DNA of 56,967 bases from an uncultured Opitutaceae bacterium (GCA_937942145.1 CALDFV010000007.1:1-56967); one strand, 5' to 3'. Shown: positions 1 to 10,600, numbered from the stretch's first letter. Program-made: numbers and translations. The notes: a model not told the origin generated them from the sequence alone.

Positions 1-131
1 TCATAGGCTGAGGAAGCGGCAAACGCTGGAGTCATCGCTTCGAGCCACGGGAGCGCCATCGCGGCCCCCGCCCCTTTTAGAAACGAGCGTCGGGAAAGTG
101 ATTTTGAGAAACTAAAATGTACGTCTTTCAT
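1..131 (-). CDS. N-terminal fragment of a Tat-signal protein, DUF1552-like (runs off the left edge)
   Basis: Manual translation from ATG at 131: MKDVHFSFSKSLSRRSFLKGAGAAMALPWLEAMTPAFAASSAY. SRRSFLK twin-arginine motif followed by ALPWLEAM, as in DUF1552 proteins of Planctomycetes/Verrucomicrobia. Confidence 0.7.
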   Translation of the reverse strand, partial: MKDVHFSFSKSLSRRSFLKGAGAAMALPWLEAMTPAFAASSAY

Positions 132-245
132 TTCGTATGTCCAACCAAGGCTTGTACCAAAATAACGGGGTCCATTGGACACTAATTTGCACTAAAAACT
201 AAATTGAAATACAATTCGGGTCTCAGTCTACAGTTGACCTACTAC

Positions 246-273
246 GGTAGCCCGCCTCTCAAACTACAGGCGG
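246..273 (+). repeat. GTAG-led palindromic (REP-like) element
   Basis: GGTAG followed by the hairpin CCGCCT-N10-AGGCGG, just downstream of maeA. Confidence 0.4.
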
Positions 274-286
274 ATTTGCAAAGGGC

Positions 287-1984
287 TTACATCGAAGTAC
301 GCAAGTAGTCGCGGTATTGCGGCTCCCAAAAGTTGTCCTCGATCGCCCGATCTAGGGCGAGTTCCGTCCTTTCACGAGCTACTCCATCCCGCATCGCTTG
401 GCGCCCCACTCTCCTGGCAATGACTTTGCTCAAGTCCCGAATTTCATCCAGTGGCGGCAGTAGACCTTGATTGGGCTCATCAGCTCCGGGCGAACTATCC
501 GCCAATGCCTCACTCGCGGCGATCAACATGTTTTCAGTCACCCGCTTGGCTCTACTCGAAATCACACCTAAACCTACCCCGGGAAAAATATAGCTGTTGT
601 TACACTGAGCGATCGAATGAGTCCTCCCTTTATATTCAACCGAGTCAAAAGGGCTTCCCGTTGCGACGATCGCCCTACCTTCCGACCATTCGATCACGTC
701 TTTTGGTGTCGCTTCCGCCAGGCTGGTCGGGTTCGAAAGCGGAAAGACAATCGGCCTTTCCACGTGCGTCGACATTTCCCGGATCACTGGCTCAGTAAAG
801 AGATTGAATTGGCCGGAAACCCCTACCAGCACTGTTGGATTCACATGCTTCATCACACCCAGCAACGACACCTGCCCGCTCTCTTCTAGCCACCCACTAG
901 CTTCCTCATGGTCGCGAGCGAGCTCGTACTGGAAGTCGCGCAAGTCTTCCGCGTCCGTAGTCAGCAAACCATTACGGTCTACCATATAGATCCGCTGCTT
1001 TGCCTCGGCCTCGCTTAATCCTTCCTTGCGCATATGAGCTATCAGATGCGAAGCGATGCCACAACCTGCTGAACCCGCGCCCGCAAAGCAAATTTTCTGA
1101 TCAACAAGCCGTTCATTCTTTTGCTCGCACGCAGCAATCAAGGTCCCTGCGGTAACAGCAGCGGTTCCTTGTATGTCATCGTTAAAACAGCAAAGACGAT
1201 CCCGATAGCGTCGCAAAAGCGGCATGGCGGTTGGCTGAGCAAAATCCTCGAATTGCAGCAGCGCGTTCGGCCAAAGGCTTACAACACTCTCAATGAACTT
1301 TTCCACAAAGTCGAAATAAGCTTCGCCCGAAATGCGTCCGGTTCGTTTCCCCATGTACATGGGATCATTGACAAGTTCCTCGTTGTTGCATCCTACATCA
1401 AGTGTTATCGGAAGAGTGTGAGCAGGACTAATGCCCCCACAAGCTGAATACAGGGCAAGCTTCCCAATTGGGATACCCATACCTCCAATTCCCTGATCAC
1501 CGAGACCGAGGACTCGTTCGCCGTCCGTGACCACAATTACTTTAATATTCTGCTTGGTCGCGTTTCGCAGAATTCGGTCGATCTTGTCACGGTCATCGTA
1601 AGAGATGAATAGGCCCCGCTTGCGCCGGTAAATCTGAGAAAACTTCTGGCACGCCTCTCCAACAGTTGGGGTATAGATGATCGGCATCAGTTCCTCTAAA
1701 TTGTGAACGAGCAAACTGAAATAGAGGGTCTCGTTCGTATCCTGAATCGAGCGCAAGTAGATGTGCTTGTCCATCCGGCTAGTGAAAGCGCAGAGCTGCT
1801 CATAAGCCCGTTCGCGCTGCTCATCTATTGTCTCGATACGATAGGGAAGCAGCCCTTCCAAATTGAATTCGCGCCGCTCCTTTTCCGTAAAACCACTCCC
1901 TTTGTTAAGCAGCGGCGTTTCGAGCAAAATAGGCCCTGCATAAGGAATATACAAGGGGCGCTTTGATTTCTGCATCTTCATCAC
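287..1984 (-). CDS. maeA: NAD-dependent malic enzyme
   Basis: [20 protein letters not shown]-terminus, [31 protein letters not shown] and LSNPT motifs; SfcA/MaeA type. Confidence 0.95.
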   Translation of the reverse strand: MMKMQKSKRPLYIPYAGPILLETPLLNKGSGFTEKERREFNLEGLLPYRIETIDEQRERAYEQLCAFTSRMDKHIYLRSIQDTNETLYFSLLVHNLEELMPIIYTPTVGEACQKFSQIYRRKRGLFISYDDRDKIDRILRNATKQNIKVIVVTDGERVLGLGDQGIGGMGIPIGKLALYSACGGISPAHTLPITLDVGCNNEELVNDPMYMGKRTGRISGEAYFDFVEKFIESVVSLWPNALLQFEDFAQPTAMPLLRRYRDRLCCFNDDIQGTAAVTAGTLIAACEQKNERLVDQKICFAGAGSAGCGIASHLIAHMRKEGLSEAEAKQRIYMVDRNGLLTTDAEDLRDFQYELARDHEEASGWLEESGQVSLLGVMKHVNPTVLVGVSGQFNLFTEPVIREMSTHVERPIVFPLSNPTSLAEATPKDVIEWSEGRAIVATGSPFDSVEYKGRTHSIAQCNNSYIFPGVGLGVISSRAKRVTENMLIAASEALADSSPGADEPNQGLLPPLDEIRDLSKVIARRVGRQAMRDGVARERTELALDRAIEDNFWEPQYRDYLRTSM

Positions 1985-2114
1985 TATAGGTGTAACAGGT
2001 TTTTGCCGTCAGACGCAACCTTCTTTGCTTTCCGAGCAAGCGGAAACGAGTGGGAATTCACACTTAGTGGAGAGCAACTTGTATTTCCGCCCGAACTGCC
2101 CTCTCTTCGGAAAA

Positions 2115-3542
2115 CTACTCAATATAGGTATCCTGAGAAAAATCGGTATCTAGGCCACGTTTTTCCCAAGACTCTCGAAACGTCTCTAAATCATATCCAA
2201 ATAGTGGCGACACTTCGATCTTTCGCAAGGGAACTCCCTCACTATCTTTTTCAACTGAAACCCCTACATCGGTTAGCCACTGGGCAAATAGCCGCTGCTG
2301 GTCCGCGCGGCAGGTAACCGCCGAATCCACGCCTTCGGCATTCTTGACGGGACTGAAATCGCCCAATCGAGTCGTCTCGATTATCATCGGCTTTCCCGCG
2401 AAGGGCAACGCATCAAAAACGAAGAGCTCAAATTTGACCCCATTCGGCTCGCTTGGGACAACCTTTTCCCCGTTTGAATCTAAACAGGCTATCTTCTTCA
2501 AAGCCTTGTGGAAGGGCAAAGCGATGGAGCTATTTTTGCCCGTCAACTTTCTAATGAAGTCAACCGAAACGATGTGGATCGCCACACTTCCAGCAATGAA
2601 TCTCAATTGCCCCTTTTCATCCCTTTGGGCGGTCAACTCGTCGGGCATGTCGCTGTATTCAACGATTTCAAGTCGATCTCCTAAAACGCAAAAGTGCCCC
2701 AGCTTTTCTTTCTCGTAGGCCTTCGGAAGCATTTTGCTCGACATCGAAGAGCCCGAGAGAACATGGAATCCAAGAAAATAAGGGTCAATCACTTGGACAT
2801 GGGGGTTATCCACTTGGAAATAGCTCATCAAGTCGATCCCCTTGGCCTCCATCTCATCGAGGATCCCATTTCTTTCCAATGCTCTTAAGGCTCCGCCATG
2901 GCCATCGGGGCTCATCGCGATACTCCTTTTGGATTCCATCAAGATTTTGCCTTCAAAATCGACGGCCGGCATACGTCCTTGCCTAAAGAAACGTACACTG
3001 TCTTCCCCAAGCCCAAAGTGATTGTTCTCCCGAAAGAAGGAGACGGTTGCCTCGTGATTGACATGGCTGGTCATGAGGTACCAGGGAATTTCACAATCAT
3101 ACCGACACCTGGCTGCCCTTATTTTTTCTGCGAACAACTGGAACAAGGTCTTATTCTTGACGGGCGAGATGGGATAAGTCCCCTTCGGCCCGTCGTAACC
3201 CAAACGTGTACCTTGGCCACCCGCTACGGTGAACGCAGCCACTCGTCCGGAACACAGAGCAGCTTCTCCCGCTATTTTCGCTTTCTGCCACTTCTCGTCT
3301 CCAAGAATATCACCAGGGAGGGGCTCGTAGGGAGCGGGATCTAAGCTGCTGAAGTCTATTGTAGAGCTCCCTTTTTTCGAGAGAACCAATTGCTTCACTA
3401 AAACCTCTAACTCGTCGAGATCGATTTCATCCGCCTGCTCCTGCAGGACTCTCTTTTCCTCTTCGTCAAGCGATTCCCAATACTGAAAAACATGCCCCTG
3501 ACCCTTCTGTTCGAAACGTTCCTTCGTATCCATGGTATTCAA
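2115..3542 (-). CDS. UDPGP type 1 family nucleotidyltransferase (UDP-N-acetylglucosamine pyrophosphorylase, UAP-like)
   Basis: AGGQGTRLGYDGPKG, SPDGHGG, QVDN, VEYSD, KFELFVFD and FSPVKNAEG motifs. Confidence 0.9.
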   Translation of the reverse strand: MNTMDTKERFEQKGQGHVFQYWESLDEEEKRVLQEQADEIDLDELEVLVKQLVLSKKGSSTIDFSSLDPAPYEPLPGDILGDEKWQKAKIAGEAALCSGRVAAFTVAGGQGTRLGYDGPKGTYPISPVKNKTLFQLFAEKIRAARCRYDCEIPWYLMTSHVNHEATVSFFRENNHFGLGEDSVRFFRQGRMPAVDFEGKILMESKRSIAMSPDGHGGALRALERNGILDEMEAKGIDLMSYFQVDNPHVQVIDPYFLGFHVLSGSSMSSKMLPKAYEKEKLGHFCVLGDRLEIVEYSDMPDELTAQRDEKGQLRFIAGSVAIHIVSVDFIRKLTGKNSSIALPFHKALKKIACLDSNGEKVVPSEPNGVKFELFVFDALPFAGKPMIIETTRLGDFSPVKNAEGVDSAVTCRADQQRLFAQWLTDVGVSVEKDSEGVPLRKIEVSPLFGYDLETFRESWEKRGLDTDFSQDTYIE

Positions 3543-3574
3543 ATCGAAACGGGTTTATACAACCCACGGCCCTT

Positions 3575-3865
3575 CTAGCGGTCGTCAAACTCGAACTTGA
3601 AGACCGTTTCTTCTGCCTTGGCGTAATTCAATTTCTGGCGAATGACCTTTTCCACGTATTCAGGATCATGGTTCAACCGTTCGAGAGAGCTTTTCTTAGA
3701 CCCGATTTTGGCTTCGAGTTCCGCAAGCTGGCTCTTCGCCAATTGCTCTGATTCTCGAGCCGCCACCAGCTTATCGTAACGCCCATTTAGATGAGAAAGC
3801 GCGAATCCGCTCGCCAAAAGGAAAACTATGAGGAAAAAGAAATTTAAGATTCGGGTGGTACTCAT
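3575..3865 (-). CDS. Septum formation initiator family protein (FtsB/DivIC-like)
   Basis: Single N-terminal TM helix, coiled coil, and DPEYVEKVIRQKLNYAKAEETVF resembling the DivIC signature. ATG at 3865; TTG at 3874 is an alternative start. Confidence 0.8.
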   Translation of the reverse strand: MSTTRILNFFFLIVFLLASGFALSHLNGRYDKLVAARESEQLAKSQLAELEAKIGSKKSSLERLNHDPEYVEKVIRQKLNYAKAEETVFKFEFDDR

Positions 3866-3954
3866 GCTGGACAAACGCTAAATACGAATAAACCCTTCTC
3901 CTTTGCAAAAATATAATTGCAGCCTTCCCTTAATTTAAGAAGAAATTTACTCAA

Positions 3955-4773
3955 ATGTATCAGAGTTTCTACGGCCTCAAAGAGATGCCGTTCAACATTA
4001 CTCCCGATCCCAACTTTCTCTACTTGAGCCCGACTCACCAGGAGGCCCTCCAGCACCTGAAGTACGGCATAGCAGAGAAAAAGGGATTCATAGTGTTGAC
4101 CGGAGAAGTAGGATGCGGAAAGACCACGCTTTGTCGTCATTTCATTAACGAGATTGACGACGAGAAGTACGAGAGCGCCTTGATCCTCAATCCTCGTATC
4201 ACCGAGACCCAGCTTCTGAAAACGATTCTCTCTGAACTCGGAGAGGAAGGCTCTAGCCGAAGCCGTAGCGGCCTCGTAAAGCAGGTTAATGACGTCCTCT
4301 TGGACCGAATCCAGCGGGGGAAAGACATCCTCCTGATCATTGACGAGGCCCAGAACCTCACCTTTGACCTCCTGGAACAGCTCCGTCTGCTCTCGAACCT
4401 GGAGACCGACAAGCAGAAGTTGCTTCAGATCATCCTCATGGGACAGCCCGAGTTTAAGCGGATCCTGGGTGAAAACAGACTGCGCCAGCTCCGCCAACGA
4501 ATCCTGGTCCACACGGAGCTAGTCCCTCTAAATCGCTATCAGGTAGAGCAATACATACATCACCGTATCGCGATGGCCGGTGGCCAAGGAATTCCGTTTT
4601 TCACCAGTTGGGCAGTACGTTGGATCCATTGGAAATCACGAGGGGTACCTCGGATCATCAACAATATTTGCGACAAGGCTCTTCTTTCAGCCTATATCAG
4701 ATCTTCAGAAGTCGTGAAGGTGAAGGACGTGCGTACCGCTCTCAAGGAAATCAGTTCCTTGGATTTTGGCTGA
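3955..4773 (+). CDS. ExeA/GspA family AAA ATPase (short form, no peptidoglycan-binding domain)
   Basis: MYQSFYGLKEMPFNITPDP N-terminus, Walker A GEVGCGKT, Walker B IIDEAQ, LMGQPE, GVPRIINNICDKAL. Confidence 0.92.
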   Translation: MYQSFYGLKEMPFNITPDPNFLYLSPTHQEALQHLKYGIAEKKGFIVLTGEVGCGKTTLCRHFINEIDDEKYESALILNPRITETQLLKTILSELGEEGSSRSRSGLVKQVNDVLLDRIQRGKDILLIIDEAQNLTFDLLEQLRLLSNLETDKQKLLQIILMGQPEFKRILGENRLRQLRQRILVHTELVPLNRYQVEQYIHHRIAMAGGQGIPFFTSWAVRWIHWKSRGVPRIINNICDKALLSAYIRSSEVVKVKDVRTALKEISSLDFG

Positions 4774-4912
4774 TACTCCCAGTCGGCTAGAGGATAGAAT
4801 CCCTCTAATAAAGGAAGGATTCTTGCTAAAGTGACCCTAAATCTGGGGTTGAAATAGCCGTTGTTAGTACCACGGGTTCGCCCGTGCCAAGCAACGAACC
4901 CGATTACCGACT

Positions 4913-5641
4913 ATGAGCCTAATCAACCAGGCCCTTAAAAAGGAGCAACAAAGACGAAGTCTAAATCTTAACGAATCGATTTCCGACATTCCAACTTACG
5001 ATTCTGGAAATGTCGGAAATGGGCTGTCTCCTTCTGTTCGCCAAAACAACCGCAGTCTTTCGATCCTCCTTGGATTTACCGGTGTTGGGGCATTTCTTCT
5101 CATTTTAGGCATCGGCGTTGTCTACTTCGGAAAATCCTACCTGAACCAATTGAATTCCACTCCGATGGTTTCACAGGCGGATACCGGGACCTCATTTGCG
5201 GCAGAATCGCCCGAAACTCCCGAAACGAATGTTACCAGCACGGAGAGCGAGATTCAGGCGGAAGGAAAGGATCCCCTAACGGAAGTTATTACCAGTGTGG
5301 AGGTTGCAGACGTAGAATCGCCTACTGAACCTACACCGGAGATTGAAATGGGTGAGGCAGTCGGTACGGGAACTCTAGAAGTGCAAGAAGAGGAACCCGC
5401 CCTGGCGGAAGCAGAAGTCTCCAAACCCGAATACGACTTCAAGATTCAGAACCTCATCGATGAGTTTCAGGTGCTCGGATACCGCTCGGCGGGAGCTAAT
5501 TCCCGCCTCTTGATGAATGGGCGTGTCTTTAAGCTAAACGACATCGTCGACAACGAGCGGGGTCTTCGCTTCATTGGTTCGAATGGCGAGAGCATCGTAT
5601 TTGAGACCCCATCCGGATATCGATACTACAAGCCTCTTTGA
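4913..5641 (+). CDS. GspB/ExeB-like bitopic membrane protein
   Basis: MSLINQALKKEQQRR N-terminus, one TM helix, acidic P/E/T linker, C-terminal SRLLMNGRVFKLND beta domain; directly after an exeA-like gene. Confidence 0.6.
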   Translation: MSLINQALKKEQQRRSLNLNESISDIPTYDSGNVGNGLSPSVRQNNRSLSILLGFTGVGAFLLILGIGVVYFGKSYLNQLNSTPMVSQADTGTSFAAESPETPETNVTSTESEIQAEGKDPLTEVITSVEVADVESPTEPTPEIEMGEAVGTGTLEVQEEEPALAEAEVSKPEYDFKIQNLIDEFQVLGYRSAGANSRLLMNGRVFKLNDIVDNERGLRFIGSNGESIVFETPSGYRYYKPL

Positions 5642-5726
5642 TTCCCCGGGTCGTAAAGCCACCCCTCCCGGAGGCCTAGAATTACACGGTTGAAGTTTGT
5701 TTCCGAGAAGCCATGATTTCGGCATC

Positions 5727-6197
5727 ATGGACTCAGTTTTCTACCAATCTCCTATCGGCGAACTCAGAATCAGGGCGAATCAAACGGGAATCTGCTCGAT
5801 CGAATTCATGAATCAGCCCGGTTCGGCCAACCACTCGCCCAACCAATCCTCCAATCCTCAACTCAAGAGCGCTATTCGGGAACTCGATCTTTATTTTGCA
5901 GGAAAATTGAGCACCTTCAAGACCCCAACCGCCGCTACCGGGACTCCCTTCCAAGAAAGCGTCTGGAGTGAGCTCCAAAAACTCTCAGCCGGGTCAACTA
6001 TCCATTACGGCGCAATTACGGAACGGATCGGAAACCCCAAAGCATCGAGAGCGGTTGGCCTCGCAAACAACCGTAATCCTCTGCCCATTCTCGTCCCTTG
6101 CCATCGAGTTGTGGGAAAGAGCGGTTCCTTAGTCGGTTACGCGGGCGAACTTTGGCGAAAGGAATGGCTGCTCAAGCACGAAGGAGCTCTCGTTTAG
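5727..6197 (+). CDS. ogt: Methylated-DNA--protein-cysteine methyltransferase
   Basis: GTPFQESVW, ASRAVG and the active-site PCHRV motif. Start taken at ATG 5727. Confidence 0.93.
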   Translation: MDSVFYQSPIGELRIRANQTGICSIEFMNQPGSANHSPNQSSNPQLKSAIRELDLYFAGKLSTFKTPTAATGTPFQESVWSELQKLSAGSTIHYGAITERIGNPKASRAVGLANNRNPLPILVPCHRVVGKSGSLVGYAGELWRKEWLLKHEGALV

Positions 6198-6225
6198 TTC
6201 AGGTACCCGTGATTTTCCAAAATCC

Positions 6226-7617
6226 ATGGATTTGTCCTCATACGTCGTAGCCATATGGCCCTACTTGGGTACCTACCTCGGGTTTGGATTGGCGTTTGTT
6301 TTAATTGCTCGGCTCATGCGGGAGAAAAGGCGGCCCAGCGCTACCGTCGCCTGGCTGTTGGTCATTTGGTTCGTTCCTCCTCTCGGCGTACCTCTATACC
6401 TGATCTTCGGAGGGCGAAAGATCTCACGACTCACTCGCAATAAGAGTCCTTTGAACATCGCTCTGCCGAACGAAACGGGTACGATTAGTTCATCCGCCTT
6501 CGGCGTGATTTCGAAAGGCAATCGAACAGAGATGCAACCCACTGGCGTACACGCTTTCAAATCACTCATAAGAGAAATTAGAGCGGCTCAAGAATCGATA
6601 GAGATCACAACGTTCATTCTTAGCCACGACGCTATTGGGCGTAATGTGGTAAAGGAGCTCTCACGTAGAGCCCAGGCAGGAGTTGAAGTGAGACTGCTCC
6701 TCGACGCTGTGGGTTCATTTGGCATGAAAACTCTCTATATGTTAGAGCTGGCGAAAGCGGGAGGGAGAATTGAGCGCTTTATGCCCGTCTTGCCGTTTCT
6801 ATCGCTTGGCAGAGCCAACCTTAGGAATCACAGAAAATTGGCCATTTTCGATCGAAAACGGGTAATCATCGGAGGACGCAACATTGGAAAAGAATACATG
6901 GGGCCCATCCATTCACCGAAACGCTGGAGAGACTTAAGTCTCCTCATAGAAGGTCCCGCGGTCATGCAGCTTTCGGCAATATTTGAAGCAGACTGGGCAT
7001 TCGCTTGCCGGAAGAAAGGCGAAGTCCAAAGACCGATTAAGAGCGTTCCTGAATTCCAAGGAAGTGAGCCAAGCACCATTGAAATCATGGTCAGTGGCCC
7101 CGATACCCGAGGGGATCCTCTGTATGAGAAAATCCTCTCAATTATCCAAGAGGCTGAAAAGAGTGTCACCATCGTCACGCCCTACTTTATACCAGACGAA
7201 GTTCTGCAAAGATCTCTTATGGTAAAGGCTCGCTCTGGCAAGTCCGTCCGCCTCCTGATACCGAAGCGCTCCAATCACCCGATAACCGACCTCGCTAGAA
7301 ATGACTTTCTACGTGAGCTCTCCGAAGCCGGGGTAGAGATACTGCTATTCAATGATGGCATGATGCATGGTAAAGTCGTCCTCGTAGACGAGGATATCGC
7401 TATGACCGGTTCAGCCAATATTGATTTGCGAAGCCTGTTCGTGAACTACGAACTCGGCGCATTCTTCTACTCTCAAAAGGAAATCGGTGAAATTACCAGC
7501 TGGGTAGATGAACTCTGCCAAAGCACGGAGCCATTCACTGATACTGATGAAAACGAGCAGCCGCTGCTAAAATCAATCGCCGAAGATCTCAGCAGACTGA
7601 TCGCGCCTTTACTCTAG
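6226..7617 (+). CDS. cls: Cardiolipin synthase (phospholipase D family)
   Basis: Two N-terminal TM helices (PLDc_N type) and two HKD motifs (HRKLAIFD, HGKVVLVD). Confidence 0.88.
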   Translation: MDLSSYVVAIWPYLGTYLGFGLAFVLIARLMREKRRPSATVAWLLVIWFVPPLGVPLYLIFGGRKISRLTRNKSPLNIALPNETGTISSSAFGVISKGNRTEMQPTGVHAFKSLIREIRAAQESIEITTFILSHDAIGRNVVKELSRRAQAGVEVRLLLDAVGSFGMKTLYMLELAKAGGRIERFMPVLPFLSLGRANLRNHRKLAIFDRKRVIIGGRNIGKEYMGPIHSPKRWRDLSLLIEGPAVMQLSAIFEADWAFACRKKGEVQRPIKSVPEFQGSEPSTIEIMVSGPDTRGDPLYEKILSIIQEAEKSVTIVTPYFIPDEVLQRSLMVKARSGKSVRLLIPKRSNHPITDLARNDFLRELSEAGVEILLFNDGMMHGKVVLVDEDIAMTGSANIDLRSLFVNYELGAFFYSQKEIGEITSWVDELCQSTEPFTDTDENEQPLLKSIAEDLSRLIAPLL

Positions 7618-7638
7618 GATACTAACTGATCTCAAAAA

Positions 7639-9219
7639 TTACTTGTTCCCATCGAGCATCAGCTTGTACTCGACCGAGTCCCGGATTGCTTGCCAGCTGG
7701 CTTCGATAATGTTGTCGCTAGCGCCAACCGTTCCCCAGATTTCCTCTCCATCTGCAGATTCAATCAAAACCCGTGTCTTGGAATTTGCTCCCGCCTGAGA
7801 AGCCAAAATACGTACCTTGTAGTCCTTCAACTCCAGATCCTCGAGGTTTGGATACGTCTTGGAAAGGGCCAACCGCAAAGCGCTGTCCAGCGCTCCAACA
7901 GGACCGCTCGATTCCGCGACGGTGTAGTGGGGTTCACCATCAACATTCACCTTTATGGTAGCTTCCGAAGTAGTCGGCTCGTCCGGCGATCGCTTCTCAA
8001 CGATTACGCGGTAGCCCTCGAATTCAAAATGAGGTTTATGCTGCCCGATTAATTTATCTAGCAGCAAACGGAGAGACGCATCCGCCGACTCGTATTCATA
8101 TCCATTATACTCCAACTCTTTAAGCTTCTCAATGATAGCTTTGGTTTCCGGAGAATCTCTATCGATGTTTACCCCAAGCTCCTGGGCCTTCATCAACAGG
8201 CTGCTTCTTCCCGCCATATCTGAAATAAGTACACGCTGCTTGTTGCCAACCTTCTCCGGCTTTATATGCTCATAACTATGGCCTACCTTCTTTGTCGCAT
8301 CAGCATGCGCGCCTCCCTTGTGGGTAAACGCTGAAAGGCCGACGTATGGGGCCTTTTTATCATGAGATTGATTAGCCAAGTCAGACAAGAACAACGATAT
8401 GTCCCGCAAGTTCTCGAGATTGCCGCTGCAATTCATTTCAAAGCCAAGCTTCAATCCGAGATTGGGAATTATCGTAGTTAGATTCGCGTTACCGACTCTT
8501 TCGCCGTAACCGTTGAAGGTCCCCTGAACATGCGTCGCGCCGGCTTCAATTCCCGCAAGAGATACCGCTACCCCTACTCCAGCATCATTGTGGCAATGTA
8601 CTCCAACCTGAGTGTCGGGAAATTTTTCAACGACCGCTTGGGTAGCGCTCGCAAGAGCCCCAACCATCATTCCCCCGTTCGTGTCACACAGAGCGAGGCA
8701 ATCCGCGCCGCCTCTCACGGCTGCTTCGAGTGTCTTTAGTGCGTACTCGGGACTATCCGTGTAGCCATCATAGAAATGCTCGGCGTCATAGATGACCTCC
8801 CTTCCATTCTCCTTAAGGAATCGGACCGAATCCTCGATCATTCTCAGATTCTCCTCAGGCTCGACTCGCAAGACTTCAGTGACATGCAAAAGCCAGGTTT
8901 TTCCGAATATAGTGACAACCGGAGTTTCCGCATCCAGCAAGGTCTGCAGTTGCGGATCGTCCTTCGCTGCGAGATTTCCTCTTCTTGTTGACCCAAATGC
9001 AGCGATCTTGGCATGCTTTAATTCAAGCTTTTTCGCCTCCTCAAAAAAGGCCATGTCTCTCGGATTCGACCCAGGCCATCCGCCTTCGATATAATCGATG
9101 CCAAACTGATCGAACTTTTTTGCGATTCGCAATTTGTCCGTAACCGAAAAAGATACTCCCTCTCCCTGGGTTCCGTCTCTCAGAGTTGTATCGTATATAA
9201 ATACCTTTGCCTTGCTCAT
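7639..9219 (-). CDS. cimA: Citramalate synthase
   Basis: DTTLRDGTQGEG, EGGWPGSNP, YDAEHF, HCHND and a LeuA-type allosteric C-domain; TIGR00977-like. Confidence 0.88.
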   Translation of the reverse strand: MSKAKVFIYDTTLRDGTQGEGVSFSVTDKLRIAKKFDQFGIDYIEGGWPGSNPRDMAFFEEAKKLELKHAKIAAFGSTRRGNLAAKDDPQLQTLLDAETPVVTIFGKTWLLHVTEVLRVEPEENLRMIEDSVRFLKENGREVIYDAEHFYDGYTDSPEYALKTLEAAVRGGADCLALCDTNGGMMVGALASATQAVVEKFPDTQVGVHCHNDAGVGVAVSLAGIEAGATHVQGTFNGYGERVGNANLTTIIPNLGLKLGFEMNCSGNLENLRDISLFLSDLANQSHDKKAPYVGLSAFTHKGGAHADATKKVGHSYEHIKPEKVGNKQRVLISDMAGRSSLLMKAQELGVNIDRDSPETKAIIEKLKELEYNGYEYESADASLRLLLDKLIGQHKPHFEFEGYRVIVEKRSPDEPTTSEATIKVNVDGEPHYTVAESSGPVGALDSALRLALSKTYPNLEDLELKDYKVRILASQAGANSKTRVLIESADGEEIWGTVGASDNIIEASWQAIRDSVEYKLMLDGNK

Positions 9220-9226
9220 AATGCTT

Positions 9227-10600
9227 TTACGATTGAACTGGTTTTTGCTTGGAGGCGATAAATTCCTTTATGGCATCCGCATTCGCAGAAATGGGATGTT
9301 TAACGATCTGGCATTCCTTCAAGCTGTCGAGGCTTGGATGCGTAACCGAGATGCCAAGCGTTTCTTCAATGGTTTCAGGAAATTTTGCAGGATGAGCCGT
9401 TGACAGTATGACGCAATGCTCAAATTCATCCAGGTCTTTGAATGCGCAGGCCGTGTGCGGATCTGCTATGTATCCATATTTATGGTATACATTACGTATC
9501 GTTTCGCAAATCTCAGAATCGTCCATCCGCGAACTCGACATCGATTCTATAAGAGAATCGTCACGCGATTCAAACTTCCCTTTTTGCTTGAATTCCGACA
9601 TGGTTTCACGGGTTTCATCCGCATCTTCACCAAGACCAAAATAAAGATACCGCTCAAAATTCGACGCAACCTGTATGTCCATAGATGGAGCCAGACTCGC
9701 TGAGGCATCATCTACGGAGTAGTCCCCGGAAGAGAAAAAGCGGTGCAGAATATCGTTTCGGTTGGTGGCCACCCTAAAACCCGCGACCTTCATGCCCATC
9801 TGGCTAGCCATCCAACCTGCCAATACATTGCCAAAATTACCCGTCGGTACAACGAAAGTAGTCTTTTCTCTTTGGCCAACGGGCAATTTAAGCCACGCGT
9901 ACAGATAGTACACACACTGAGCAAGGATCCGGGCAAGATTGATGGAATTTACGGCGGATAGATTCACTGCCCGACTGAAATCCCGGTCACCAAACACCTC
10001 TTTCAGTGCCGCCTGCGCTTCATCGAAACTTCCCGTAATCGCCATCGGGTAAACATTGGTTTCTCCCGTACATGTCATTTGCCTCTCCTGCAAAGGTGAG
10101 ACACGACCATCTGGATACAAAATGAATATATTGACTCCCTTCTTGCCTACCAGTCCGCTAATCGCTGCCGCGCCCGTATCCCCAGAAGTCGCGCCCAAGA
10201 CATTGATTGACAATCCCGTCTTGGACACTTGCCGCTCATATAGCTTCCCCAGTAATTGAAGGGCGAAATCCTTGAATGCCAATGTCGGTCCATGAAAGAG
10301 CTCAAGAACGCTAATGGACTCGCTTAGCGAGACCAATGGCGCGTGCTCTGCGTGATCAAAGTTGGAATACGCTTCTTCAACCATCGCCACTAGTTCTTCC
10401 TCATCAATATCGGTAGCAAATTCGCGAAAGAACGACGCACACAAGTCAGGATAAGACTTCCCCTCCCAGCCAGACAGCTTCAAGCTAAGATCGGGCAGTA
10501 TCTCTGGAACGAAAAGACCGCCATCTGGCGCCAGACCGATTTTCACCGCTTCTGAAAAGCTATGAGGTTCGGACAATCCTCTTGTACTAACGAAATTCAT
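9227..10600 (-). CDS. thrC: Threonine synthase
   Basis: ELFHGPTLAFKD (PLP lysine), ATSGDTG, NSINLAR, PTGNFGN, STAHPAKF. Confidence 0.95.
   Translation of the reverse strand: MNFVSTRGLSEPHSFSEAVKIGLAPDGGLFVPEILPDLSLKLSGWEGKSYPDLCASFFREFATDIDEEELVAMVEEAYSNFDHAEHAPLVSLSESISVLELFHGPTLAFKDFALQLLGKLYERQVSKTGLSINVLGATSGDTGAAAISGLVGKKGVNIFILYPDGRVSPLQERQMTCTGETNVYPMAITGSFDEAQAALKEVFGDRDFSRAVNLSAVNSINLARILAQCVYYLYAWLKLPVGQREKTTFVVPTGNFGNVLAGWMASQMGMKVAGFRVATNRNDILHRFFSSGDYSVDDASASLAPSMDIQVASNFERYLYFGLGEDADETRETMSEFKQKGKFESRDDSLIESMSSSRMDDSEICETIRNVYHKYGYIADPHTACAFKDLDEFEHCVILSTAHPAKFPETIEETLGISVTHPSLDSLKECQIVKHPISANADAIKEFIASKQKPVQS

Noticed and set aside
3862-4512. 216-aa minus-strand ORF
   Set aside because: Antisense shadow of the well-supported exeA-like gene; no motifs of its own.
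4774-4912. Possible c-di-GMP riboswitch or sigma-54 promoter before the gspB-like gene
   Set aside because: Only generic hairpins; the GGCAAAC/GACGCAAAG core and TGGCAC-N5-TTGC are absent.
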